A DNA stretch of 27,607 bases from assembly GCA_964496765.1 (NCBI GenBank), contig CAZCAP010000009.1, forward strand, positions 2,741 through 30,347, in the 5' to 3' direction. Both the position numbers and the translations under genes were made by a program. Origin of the DNA: an uncultured archaeon (GTDB lineage Archaea > Iainarchaeota > Iainarchaeia > Iainarchaeales > CSSED10-239). A model generated the notes under the pieces. That model worked only from the letters and a program-made list of their open reading frames with translations. It was not told where the DNA came from and did no database searches. Position 1 is the first letter of the stretch. Every line of letters starts with the position of its first letter. Shown here one piece after another: positions 17,622 to 25,522 of this stretch.

Positions 17622-18044
17622 ATGAACAAATTTGGGCATATATTCATAGCTGGAGTATTATTTACTTTAATCTATTATCTAGTCTCATTCTATTATCCAC
17701 TAAGACCAGAATTTTTTATAATTTCATTAATTATTTGTTTAATCTATGCTCTTATTCCTGATCTTGATAAAAACAATTCCTGGATTAAAAAGAAACTGGA
17801 TATAATTATTTTTTATAGCATCCTTGTTTTAGGAGTATTTTACTTTGTTAATCATGATGTGATTTATCCAATCATTCTTCTTATTGGGGTTGAACTAATA
17901 CTTCTATTAACCAAGCACAGAGGTTTTCTACACTCATTTACTTTCGCAGTATTAATTGCATCACCAATACTTCTAATTAATAGAATATACTTTGTTGCAG
18001 CAATGATTGGAATATTATCTCATCTGCTTATGGATAAATTATAA
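17622..18044 (+). CDS. DUF457-like membrane-bound metal-dependent hydrolase
   Basis: HIFIAGVLFTLIYYL, ALIPDLDKNNS, HRGFLHSFTFAV, GILSHLLMDKL - His/Asp pattern in TM context. Confidence 0.78.
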   Translation: MNKFGHIFIAGVLFTLIYYLVSFYYPLRPEFFIISLIICLIYALIPDLDKNNSWIKKKLDIIIFYSILVLGVFYFVNHDVIYPIILLIGVELILLLTKHRGFLHSFTFAVLIASPILLINRIYFVAAMIGILSHLLMDKL

Positions 18045-18049
18045 AAGAA

Positions 18050-19012
18050 TTAGCTTAGGAAGTTTCTTAGTTTCCTAAGTAGAGAAAAAGTACCCTCTCT
18101 CACTCCATTTCTGAATTTAATAATTTTTTCTTTAATTGATGAATTGGCTGCTGGTTTTGCAGTATCAACAATTATATTTGTGTCTGTTCTAATTATTATT
18201 GATTCATCTAAATAGTTTAATCTAATTACTTTCAAATCAAATTGATTATCCTTATTATAGGCATAGCAATTAATCTGATAGGCTCCTTTTGAAATATATT
18301 TTGTTGCATCAATTGATATGTTTAAATCAAATATGTTATCTCCTTCATAGCTGGTTTCTGTAACTAGGCCTGGATTATCAGTGATACATTTAATATCATA
18401 AACATAATTATAATCACTATAGGATTTTATTTTAATAACATCAATATCTGTTTTATTAATTATATAGGAAACATCCTTGGAATAAACAATTCCTTTAAAT
18501 CTAGGCTCATCCCTCTGTGGAGTGTATGTGAAATCATCTATTGAGTTATTTGTTATTAATGTAATTGTTTTGAATCCAGATGCAATTAGATTATTGTATT
18601 CGTCATAGAGATCAGCAACAACCTTGATTTTAACTAGGTTTTCAGTAAAGTCTTTAGCAATCACTTCAACTCCAATTGTTGAGTTAACCTCAGATAGGAA
18701 TTCATCTTCTGTTGCAGATAACTTGAAATAGGTTCCTTTAGTAACCTCTGATTCAGGATAAACAACTAATGTGTATTTTACTTTTGGATTCTTATAGGGA
18801 ACAGAAGAAACATAGTCTGAATGTATTGAAAAATTAATTTGTCTAACTATGTTTTGAGAGAAATAGAATCTATCTGGAGCAATGTCAGGAGTAGTAACAG
18901 TATTAACAACAATAGTTGGTTCATCCTGGCTAGCTGCATTAATAGTGCTTGCTAGTGGGATTAAAATAATTAGTGCAATTAGAAAAACAATTAGTTTATT
19001 TATTTGTTTCAT
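18050..19012 (-). CDS. secreted/exported protein with N-terminal signal peptide
   Basis: MKQINKLIVFLIALIILIPLASTINAASQDEP followed by beta-rich sequence. Confidence 0.7.
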   Translation of the reverse strand: MKQINKLIVFLIALIILIPLASTINAASQDEPTIVVNTVTTPDIAPDRFYFSQNIVRQINFSIHSDYVSSVPYKNPKVKYTLVVYPESEVTKGTYFKLSATEDEFLSEVNSTIGVEVIAKDFTENLVKIKVVADLYDEYNNLIASGFKTITLITNNSIDDFTYTPQRDEPRFKGIVYSKDVSYIINKTDIDVIKIKSYSDYNYVYDIKCITDNPGLVTETSYEGDNIFDLNISIDATKYISKGAYQINCYAYNKDNQFDLKVIRLNYLDESIIIRTDTNIIVDTAKPAANSSIKEKIIKFRNGVREGTFSLLRKLRNFLS

Positions 19013-19172
19013 TTTTATTTCACATCTATTTAGGTTTGAATGTGTGAGTTATATCTTCCTCACTAAATATAATTAATTAGTAATATGTATTTAAATATAT
19101 AGTTTATCTCTCTTTTTACTTTATTAAGGAAAGTAAATAAAGTTAAATAATATTAGGTGCTATAAACTACAT

Positions 19173-19733
19173 ATGATTAAAACAGTTATTTGGGATATTG
19201 GGGGGGTAATATTATCAGATATTGATGTGCCTGGTTTTTGGAAGGACATTATTGCGTCCAAGCAACTAAGAAAAGATTTTGGGACAAACAAAATAACTCA
19301 AAACGAATTTATTAATCAAGGATCCAAACTACTATTAATAGATGAAGACGAATTTTTAAGAAACTATAAAAAAGTGTACTCTGATATTAAGCCAATTAAA
19401 GAAACGTATGAGCTTTACAAAAATATGAAAACAGCAAAATATATACTCACAGACACAAATCTCATACACGCTGAATTTGTATCCGAAACTTTCCCAGATA
19501 TATTTAAATTAGCTAAGAAATGTTACTTATCAAATGAAATTGGCATGAGAAAAGACTGTATTGATGTTTTTCAATATGTAGTTAAAGACCTAGAATTATT
19601 ACCTAGTGAAATATTATTCATTGACAATAAAGAAAAAGCAACAAATATTGCTAGAGAAGCAGGACTTAACGCTATCCATTACAAGAGCCCAGAAAAATTG
19701 AAAGAAGAATTAGAAAAGTTAAATGTAAAATAA
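19173..19733 (+). CDS. HAD-superfamily hydrolase
   Basis: VIWDIGGVILSD (motif I), YILTDTN (motif II), GMRKDCIDVF (motif III), EILFIDNKEKATNIAREAGLNAI (motif IV). Confidence 0.87.
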   Translation: MIKTVIWDIGGVILSDIDVPGFWKDIIASKQLRKDFGTNKITQNEFINQGSKLLLIDEDEFLRNYKKVYSDIKPIKETYELYKNMKTAKYILTDTNLIHAEFVSETFPDIFKLAKKCYLSNEIGMRKDCIDVFQYVVKDLELLPSEILFIDNKEKATNIAREAGLNAIHYKSPEKLKEELEKLNVK

Positions 19734-19734
19734 A
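19696..19734 (+). repeat. 39-bp perfect direct repeat DR1, copy 1 (3' end of HAD gene)
   Basis: aattgaaagaagaattagaaaagttaaatgtaaaataaa, identical to 20558-20596. Confidence 0.93.
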
Positions 19735-19752
19735 CTTTGAAATCAATATAAT

Positions 19753-20118
19753 TTATTTCCTCTTGAAACCAAATAAATCATTATATTTATCATGATCTCC
19801 ATATTCAAGAACAAAGCAAATAATCTGAATCTCATTTGTTTGAATATTATATATTAATCTCCAAAAATTAGAAAGATTAATTATCCAAAGATTTGTTATT
19901 CCCCTTTTTTGATATTTAGATGGAATTAATGATTTTTTAACAATTCTTCCTGCTTCTGGATTAACTTTTAAAAGCTCTATTTTTTGCGTTATTGAATTAA
20001 GTAGAGTCTGATTTCTGCTCTTCTTAATCCCTTTACTGATTTCATCTTCAACTATTTTGGTTAGCTTAAGATATTCATCTTTAGCTTCTCCTTCAAATAT
20101 CACTTTCACTTCTTTCAT
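19753..20118 (-). CDS. RelE-like toxin-fold protein
   Basis: EGEAKDEYLKLTKI...LLKVNPEAGRIVKKSLIPSKYQKRGITNLWIINLSNFWRLIYNIQTNEIQIICFVLEYGDHDKYNDLFGFKRK. Confidence 0.75.
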   Translation of the reverse strand: MKEVKVIFEGEAKDEYLKLTKIVEDEISKGIKKSRNQTLLNSITQKIELLKVNPEAGRIVKKSLIPSKYQKRGITNLWIINLSNFWRLIYNIQTNEIQIICFVLEYGDHDKYNDLFGFKRK

Positions 20119-20378
20119 ACTTCTAGACCCTTCTTTATCCTTTCTTTTAATTCATTCTTTGGTTGATAGGTCCAGATAATCCCTTTTTTACTATCATAGA
20201 TAATCCCTCTATCATCAAGATAATCAACTACAACATTTAATGTTTGTTTCATTACTTTGTTTTTTAATTTTTTGATTATCTTGTATCTTGTTAAAGGAAG
20301 ATCTGATTGTTTTATAATATTTTCAACCTCAAGAACTGTTTTTAGGTTAGGGTAATGAAGAATGTTTTTTTGTTTCAT
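20115..20378 (-). CDS. putative winged-helix partner/antitoxin of the RelE-like protein
   Basis: From MKQKNILHYPNLKTVLEVENIIKQSDLPLTRYKIIKKLKNKVMKQTLNVVVDYLDDRGIIYDSKKGIIWTY; wHTH pattern; overlaps toxin ORF by 4 nt. ORF-track start is 20417. Confidence 0.65.
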   Translation of the reverse strand: MKQKNILHYPNLKTVLEVENIIKQSDLPLTRYKIIKKLKNKVMKQTLNVVVDYLDDRGIIYDSKKGIIWTYQPKNELKERIKKGLEV

Positions 20379-20460
20379 AATATTAACCTCATAGGTGATA
20401 TATTTATACCCTAACATATTAAAACCTTTTCTATTATAGGTATATTATTACTTGGAAGGA

Positions 20461-20502
20461 TATATCCTTTTCGGGAGGGTAGCTGTCCAAGCAAAATTAG
20501 GT
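20461..20502. repeat. 42-bp direct repeat DR2, copy A
   Basis: tatatccttttcgggagggtagctgtccaagcaaaattaggt; matches 22079-22120 with 2 mismatches. Confidence 0.88.
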
Positions 20503-20517
20503 CTTTCTTTAGATAGC

Positions 20518-20595
20518 AAGATTTGGATTAATATAATACAGGATATCAATCAAGAGCAATTGAAAGAAGAATTAGAAAAGTTAAATGTAAAATAA
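20518..20595 (+). pseudogene. remnant of HAD gene 3' end
   Basis: Frame ...KIWINIIQDINQEQLKEELEKLNVK* versus intact gene ...YKSPEKLKEELEKLNVK*; contains DR1 copy 2. Confidence 0.65.
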
Positions 20596-20596
20596 A
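20558..20596 (+). repeat. 39-bp perfect direct repeat DR1, copy 2
   Basis: Identical to 19696-19734. Confidence 0.93.
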
Positions 20597-21084
20597 TCTT
20601 CTACCTTCTCTGGGAGGTGATCTATTCCTTCGAATTCTCTAATTGGAATTGATTTTATTTTGTTTTTAATCAATAGCCTAACATGAGTGATTGCCATTTC
20701 CTTTTTCCCACCCATGCTTTCACAATTATCTTCTATTAGTACGTCTGGTGTTTCCTTTTCAACAACATCTTTGTATTCTTCATTTTGTTTTCTAAACAAT
20801 AATTTTCCTTTTGGGAAATTATATTTAATAAGAACATCTCTAATTTGATCAATTTGATTTTGTTTTTTTCTGGAGGTTAAATAAATTAAATCTATTGATT
20901 GGGTGCTCCACAATTTGAGTTTTTTAGAAGCATTTCCTATTGGGATATAGGTTTTAAAATCATGAACTGATGTATCTCTTTTTTTAACCTGATCAATTAT
21001 GTCTTTTCTTTTTTTATTAAATGCATTATTGTGCATAATAATGGTTCCCTCAGTAAAAACCATAATCTTTATCTTCTTGTTCAT
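20581..21084 (-). CDS. HAD-like protein lacking canonical catalytic aspartates
   Basis: KIMVFTEGTIIMHN (in place of DxDGT), LIYLTSRK (motif II-like), ETPDVLIEDNCESMGG (motif IV-like). Confidence 0.65.
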   Translation of the reverse strand: MNKKIKIMVFTEGTIIMHNNAFNKKRKDIIDQVKKRDTSVHDFKTYIPIGNASKKLKLWSTQSIDLIYLTSRKKQNQIDQIRDVLIKYNFPKGKLLFRKQNEEYKDVVEKETPDVLIEDNCESMGGKKEMAITHVRLLIKNKIKSIPIREFEGIDHLPEKVEDLFYI

Positions 21085-21146
21085 AATAATATATGTTTAG
21101 AATTAGTTTATATCCCTTTTGGGAGACTACTTTCAATCCAAACAGA

Positions 21147-22043
21147 TTATTTCCCCTTTAAATTATCAAGTATCTTTAAATTATCTTTTTCTAGTTTTGC
21201 AAATCCAAACCATTTCTTTCCAAGATCTTTTATTGATGCTCCAAAATGATAAATTTCTTTATTATCAACAATTAGAAATCTATCATGTGACTTCTTGAAC
21301 TTCTTAATATCTATTGGATTTGAACTATATTGTAAATTAGATTTATCTATATCCAGTTTTAATTGATTGGTTATATTTTCAGTATAGATTGTAACTCTTA
21401 CGTTCTTATTTACTTTTGTAAATAAGGTTAAAACAGAATCATCAATGTAATTATCTATTAAAATTATTGATTTTTTTGCATTTCTGATAATATTAGATAT
21501 GAACCTATGCGCATCAAACACTTGACCATCATAAAATATTCCTTGCTTTTTAATTATGTCCTTACTTTCTATTGCATCAAAAACTTTTTTGAAATTGTTG
21601 TCTGTACTTATTTGATATTCAAGTTGCTTTCTTTCAACTGAATCTAATCTTATAAATATTTCTGTGTTCTTTGAAATGAATCGTCTCATTGAAACAAATG
21701 CATTAATTATTTGAATACTTATATTTACTGCTGTTTTTGTTTTTAGGACACCAGAAAGCATTGCAACCCCTTGTTCAGTAAAAACATAGGGAGAGGTTCC
21801 ACCTAGATGCCTTTTTGAAGGTATCGCATTTTGCGATACCATAAAATCAATTTCCGCAAAATTTAATTGAAACATAAATTCGTTTGGAAATCTTGTAATA
21901 TTCCTTTTTACTTGTTCACGCAAACGAATAGCCTTTATTTTATACAATTTAGCTAAATCACTATCAAGCATTACTTGAACTTCTCTAATAGTGTATATCT
22001 TATACCCAATATTTTCATTAATAATTAAAATATCCTTAGCCAC
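21147..22043 (-). CDS. ORF6N-domain protein with C-terminal PLD-like domain
   Basis: YTIREVQVMLDSDLAKLYKIKAIRLREQVKRNITRFPNEFMFQLN...TSPYVFTEQGVAMLSGVL (ORF6N), C-terminal AHRFISNIIRNAKKSIILIDNYID...SHDRFLIVDNKEIYHFGASIKDLGKKWF; GTG start preceded by GGTGA SD. Confidence 0.85.
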   Translation of the reverse strand: MAKDILIINENIGYKIYTIREVQVMLDSDLAKLYKIKAIRLREQVKRNITRFPNEFMFQLNFAEIDFMVSQNAIPSKRHLGGTSPYVFTEQGVAMLSGVLKTKTAVNISIQIINAFVSMRRFISKNTEIFIRLDSVERKQLEYQISTDNNFKKVFDAIESKDIIKKQGIFYDGQVFDAHRFISNIIRNAKKSIILIDNYIDDSVLTLFTKVNKNVRVTIYTENITNQLKLDIDKSNLQYSSNPIDIKKFKKSHDRFLIVDNKEIYHFGASIKDLGKKWFGFAKLEKDNLKILDNLKGK

Positions 22044-22078
22044 TTTTAGTCACCACATATATTATAGAAATTATAGTG

Positions 22079-22120
22079 TATATCCCTTTCGGGGGGGTAG
22101 CTGTCCAAGCAAAATTAGGT
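22079..22120. repeat. 42-bp direct repeat DR2, copy B
   Basis: tatatccctttcgggggggtagctgtccaagcaaaattaggt; 40/42 identical to 20461-20502. Confidence 0.88.
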
Positions 22121-22187
22121 TTGTTTTTCCTACCTCTAGGTTCTATTTTCTTTCCCTAGGGTTTCGTTCTTTAGAAAGAAAGGCTCA

Positions 22188-22273
22188 CGCAGAGGATGAG
22201 ATTCGAACTCATGGATGGGGTTACCATCACTTGTTTTCGAGACAAGCACCTTCAACCACTCGGCCACCTCTGC
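22188..22273 (-). tRNA. tRNA-Ser(CGA)
   Basis: Minus-strand GCAGAGG-TGGCCGAGTGGTTGAAGG-TGCTTGTCTCGAAAACAAG-variable arm GATGGTAACCCCATC-ATGAGTTCGAATCTCAT-CCTCTGC-G; class II, anticodon CGA, 7-bp acceptor stem. Confidence 0.95.
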
Positions 22274-22364
22274 ACAACCGCTCGCCCAGTTGACGGGCGA
22301 ATAACATGTTAACAAACACATAGTTAACAAACGAATACATATATTATGTAAGAATAAGATTATA

Positions 22365-22661
22365 TTACTTTACTAGCGAGGCTCTGTTGATCACAGAAAG
22401 AAGATTTGAAACTAAGCTTTTTGCTGCATCCTCATCAGTTAAATCCTTAACTATTATCTTCAATGATGAGAAAATAGTCATCTCTCCTTCCTTTATCTTA
22501 ACATGTATGTAAAAAGGAGAGTTATCCTTTGAAATGTAATAGCCATTCTTTGTTAAATAGTTCATTAGATCCTTAACATCTATCTTTTTATTCCTTTTTG
22601 GATAGAACTCAAATCCAGGTGTTACCTTACATGAATCTAAAATAAAATCAGATAATTCCAT
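22365..22661 (-). CDS. 98-aa hypothetical protein, downstream of the HerA-like gene
   Basis: 20-nt gap from the HerA-like stop, same strand; no motif recognised. Confidence 0.65.
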   Translation of the reverse strand: MELSDFILDSCKVTPGFEFYPKRNKKIDVKDLMNYLTKNGYYISKDNSPFYIHVKIKEGEMTIFSSLKIIVKDLTDEDAAKSLVSNLLSVINRASLVK

Positions 22662-22681
22662 AAATACTTACCTTATTATAA

Positions 22682-25417
22682 TTATACATCTTGACCAAGA
22701 ACACCATCAATTAATATTGTTCTTTCTTCATGCCCATCCTTACTAACAAGAGTAATATGCCAGATAGGCCAATAAACCTCATCAAGAGAAATAAACTCAA
22801 CCTCTCCAAATAACTTCTTTAGGTTTTCTTCAACTAGCTTTGGAGAATAGGTTATATTCTCAATAAACTCAATCTCTAGCTTTCTTAAAGCTAGATCACT
22901 AACTGATGTCATTAGTTTATGGAAAACATTGAAAGGAACATCAAACTTTGCTGATGTTTTATAAAATTCTTTCTTACTTTTTTCAGAAACTGAAAGAAGA
23001 TTGCTTTTCTTTAATGTTTCTATTCTATTTTTAACTAGAGATAACTCAAGATCTAGTTCTCTTGCAATTGATTCAATTGTTTGGTTTCCCTTTGAAATAA
23101 AAAGAATGTCTAGATCAATCTCATCTAAACCATTAACTAGATTAAATCCTTTTGATTCTCTAAACTTATCTCCTAGGAAATGTAAAAACTCACCAGTTAC
23201 TGAGTCTATGTAGCAGGCTGCTCTTTTGAAATCTCCTTCTGGATTAAAAACATTGAAATTAAATTTATAGATGGTTCTGTATTTTAGAACTATGTTTTTA
23301 ATGTATTCCTTTGGAGAGAAGATAATAAATGATTTCTTTGTTGATGATCTTGCAATTTCTTCAATTCTTTCTCTTTTTATTCTTAGAGGAAAGGTTTGAT
23401 GTACTTTAACTCTTGAAATTAGGTTAGTTTTATCTATTGCTAGATCATTTTCTATTTCCTCAAAGGATTCTTCTTTGTCCTTTGGTTCTAATTGTTTTAA
23501 TGTTTCTTTTAGTTCTTGAACACCAGGTTCAATAAAATCTAAATATAATACTTCTTTTTTAAGTATTACTTTCTTTTCAAATAGTTTTTCTAGAACTTCA
23601 TCAAACTCTATGTTTGATCTGTATTTTATGTTAACTACTTCTAGAATATCCTTAGCAAAAGAAACTCTTAGTTCTTTTGCTTTTTCTAGTTTTTTAAAGA
23701 TCATTGTTGTTGCTATTGTTAGGACTTGAGAGTTGTTTAGTTTTTTTATATCTCTTATTGTTTCTGCATCTCTTCCTTCATGTTGTGATTTTCTTGGAGC
23801 TGCTCTCATAATGAATGCTCTTGATGTTTCCTCTGATCTATCTCCAACTAGAGCTGTTGCAAAAGGTATTGTTTTTATGAAGTTTGGATCTTTGTATTGA
23901 TCAGGTATGATTGCTGGCATTCTTTTTTGAATAGCTGAAATATCATCATTGAAAACTAGTTTGTTTGAAATTAATATGTCTACTTGGGATAATACTTTTG
24001 TGTTAATTGCTGATGGTTGTTGGGTTGCAAAAACAAGTGAACAACCAGGCCTTCTTCCTTGCTTTACGTATTCAATAATACCAGCTGTTGCTGGTGTTAA
24101 TGAGTTTCCTGATGGTATTAGGGTGTGTGCTTCATCTATGTACAACCAGGTAGGAGGAATTTCAGTTTCAAGTAACTCATCTGCTCCTTGGCCTTCTTTG
24201 TTTTCTATTTTCTTGCTTGCACTTTCTCTTGCTGCTATTTTTCTTGCTGATAATAGTCTTCTTGCTAGAATACCAATAACTAGTGCTGTTATGTTTTCAT
24301 CTAGGAAAGATGTATCAAGAACAGTTAACTGGTTTTCCCTTGATAGCTTAGATAGGGTTGTTCCATGATCTGAGAAGATACCCCATGATTTAGCTGCATC
24401 AAATCTAGAAACAAGAGCTCTAATAGTGTCTGGTTTGTATCCTTTCTTTTGAGATACAAACTCTGAATTAGTTGATAAACAATCAATAATGTTATCTAAA
24501 GTGAATTGATTTCCTTTTGGTTTTATTTTTTTGAAATCATCTCCTTCCTTTCCTGTTCCAGCTGTGTATCCTTTTTTAACAAACTCAATTGTTTTTTCAA
24601 GCAATAATCCAGATGGAGAGAATCTTTCAATTCCAAAAGTAATACACCAGTCCTCTGGTGTTAATAAAGATGAATACATTGAGAAAGTATCATCATAGGT
24701 GTCTTTTGATACTTTATCTGCTACTCCTTCAGGAACAAAAACTTTTAGGTTTTTTATTCCTTCTGGTTTTTGGTTCCATTCTTCTAATATTTTAATTTCT
24801 TTTGCTTCTTTGTTTTCATATTTCATTGACCAAAAAACACCAACAGGATCAATAACTATTTGTCCTATGTATGGATTATTTCTAGCTAGTTCTTCAGCAA
24901 TAACTCCAAGTAAATAACTTTTTCCTGTTCCTCTTGCACCATCAAGGAACACAACATGTGGATTAAGCCCATCTAAATATACTTCTTTATCTTTTTCTTG
25001 ATCTTCAGCTACCCTTCCAATAAGAGCAAGCCCTTTATTACCATATTGCTTTTGAACAGACTTCTTTCTTCCTATGTACACTTTGTTTGGGTTTTCAGGA
25101 TCACTAAGGAACTTGAGAAGAGGTTTTATTTCCTTAATAGGTAATGGAGTTGATGCTATTGGTTTAGGTTCAGGTTCAAGCTTAGGTTTAGGTTCTTGCT
25201 TAATCTTTTCATCATTCTCTGCTTTTTCCTTTGGTTCAGGTTTAGGTTTTGGAGTAGGGACATAAGCAGATATTGTAATTGGGGTAGAAGCAGGGATAGA
25301 GGTAGGAACAGGTGCCTGGTCAGACAAATCAGCAGGAATAGGTTTTTCATCCTCTTCCATGATTTTAAAGAAGTCATCCTCCTTCTCTTCATCCTTTTTA
25401 TATTTTTCAACAGACAT
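22682..25417 (-). CDS. HerA/VirB4-like (DUF87) hexameric ATPase with low-complexity Pro/Glu/Lys N-terminal region
   Basis: Walker A FLDGARGTGKSYLLG, Walker B TWLYIDEAHTLIP, LVFATQQPSAI; N-terminal EPEPKPKPEPK-type segment; C-terminal wHTH-like segments. Confidence 0.87.
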   Translation of the reverse strand: MSVEKYKKDEEKEDDFFKIMEEDEKPIPADLSDQAPVPTSIPASTPITISAYVPTPKPKPEPKEKAENDEKIKQEPKPKLEPEPKPIASTPLPIKEIKPLLKFLSDPENPNKVYIGRKKSVQKQYGNKGLALIGRVAEDQEKDKEVYLDGLNPHVVFLDGARGTGKSYLLGVIAEELARNNPYIGQIVIDPVGVFWSMKYENKEAKEIKILEEWNQKPEGIKNLKVFVPEGVADKVSKDTYDDTFSMYSSLLTPEDWCITFGIERFSPSGLLLEKTIEFVKKGYTAGTGKEGDDFKKIKPKGNQFTLDNIIDCLSTNSEFVSQKKGYKPDTIRALVSRFDAAKSWGIFSDHGTTLSKLSRENQLTVLDTSFLDENITALVIGILARRLLSARKIAARESASKKIENKEGQGADELLETEIPPTWLYIDEAHTLIPSGNSLTPATAGIIEYVKQGRRPGCSLVFATQQPSAINTKVLSQVDILISNKLVFNDDISAIQKRMPAIIPDQYKDPNFIKTIPFATALVGDRSEETSRAFIMRAAPRKSQHEGRDAETIRDIKKLNNSQVLTIATTMIFKKLEKAKELRVSFAKDILEVVNIKYRSNIEFDEVLEKLFEKKVILKKEVLYLDFIEPGVQELKETLKQLEPKDKEESFEEIENDLAIDKTNLISRVKVHQTFPLRIKRERIEEIARSSTKKSFIIFSPKEYIKNIVLKYRTIYKFNFNVFNPEGDFKRAACYIDSVTGEFLHFLGDKFRESKGFNLVNGLDEIDLDILFISKGNQTIESIARELDLELSLVKNRIETLKKSNLLSVSEKSKKEFYKTSAKFDVPFNVFHKLMTSVSDLALRKLEIEFIENITYSPKLVEENLKKLFGEVEFISLDEVYWPIWHITLVSKDGHEERTILIDGVLGQDV

Positions 25418-25522
25418 AAGTATCAGGTTATATTCATTAATATCTCATAGTATATATAATAAAAAAAGATATATAAAGGTATGGAATTAGAAGAGAAAAA
25501 GTGAAAATTTAAATTTTGAATA

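Noticed and set aside
22136-22330. 64-aa minus-strand ORF (and 21991..22293 plus-strand ORF)
   Set aside because: Both read through tRNA-Ser and the repeat; the tRNA structure explains the region.
25074-25450. Overlapping frames at 25074..25265 (+), 25156..25410 (-), 25196..25450 (+)
   Set aside because: They are shadow frames of the low-complexity Pro/Glu/Lys-coding region of the HerA-like gene.
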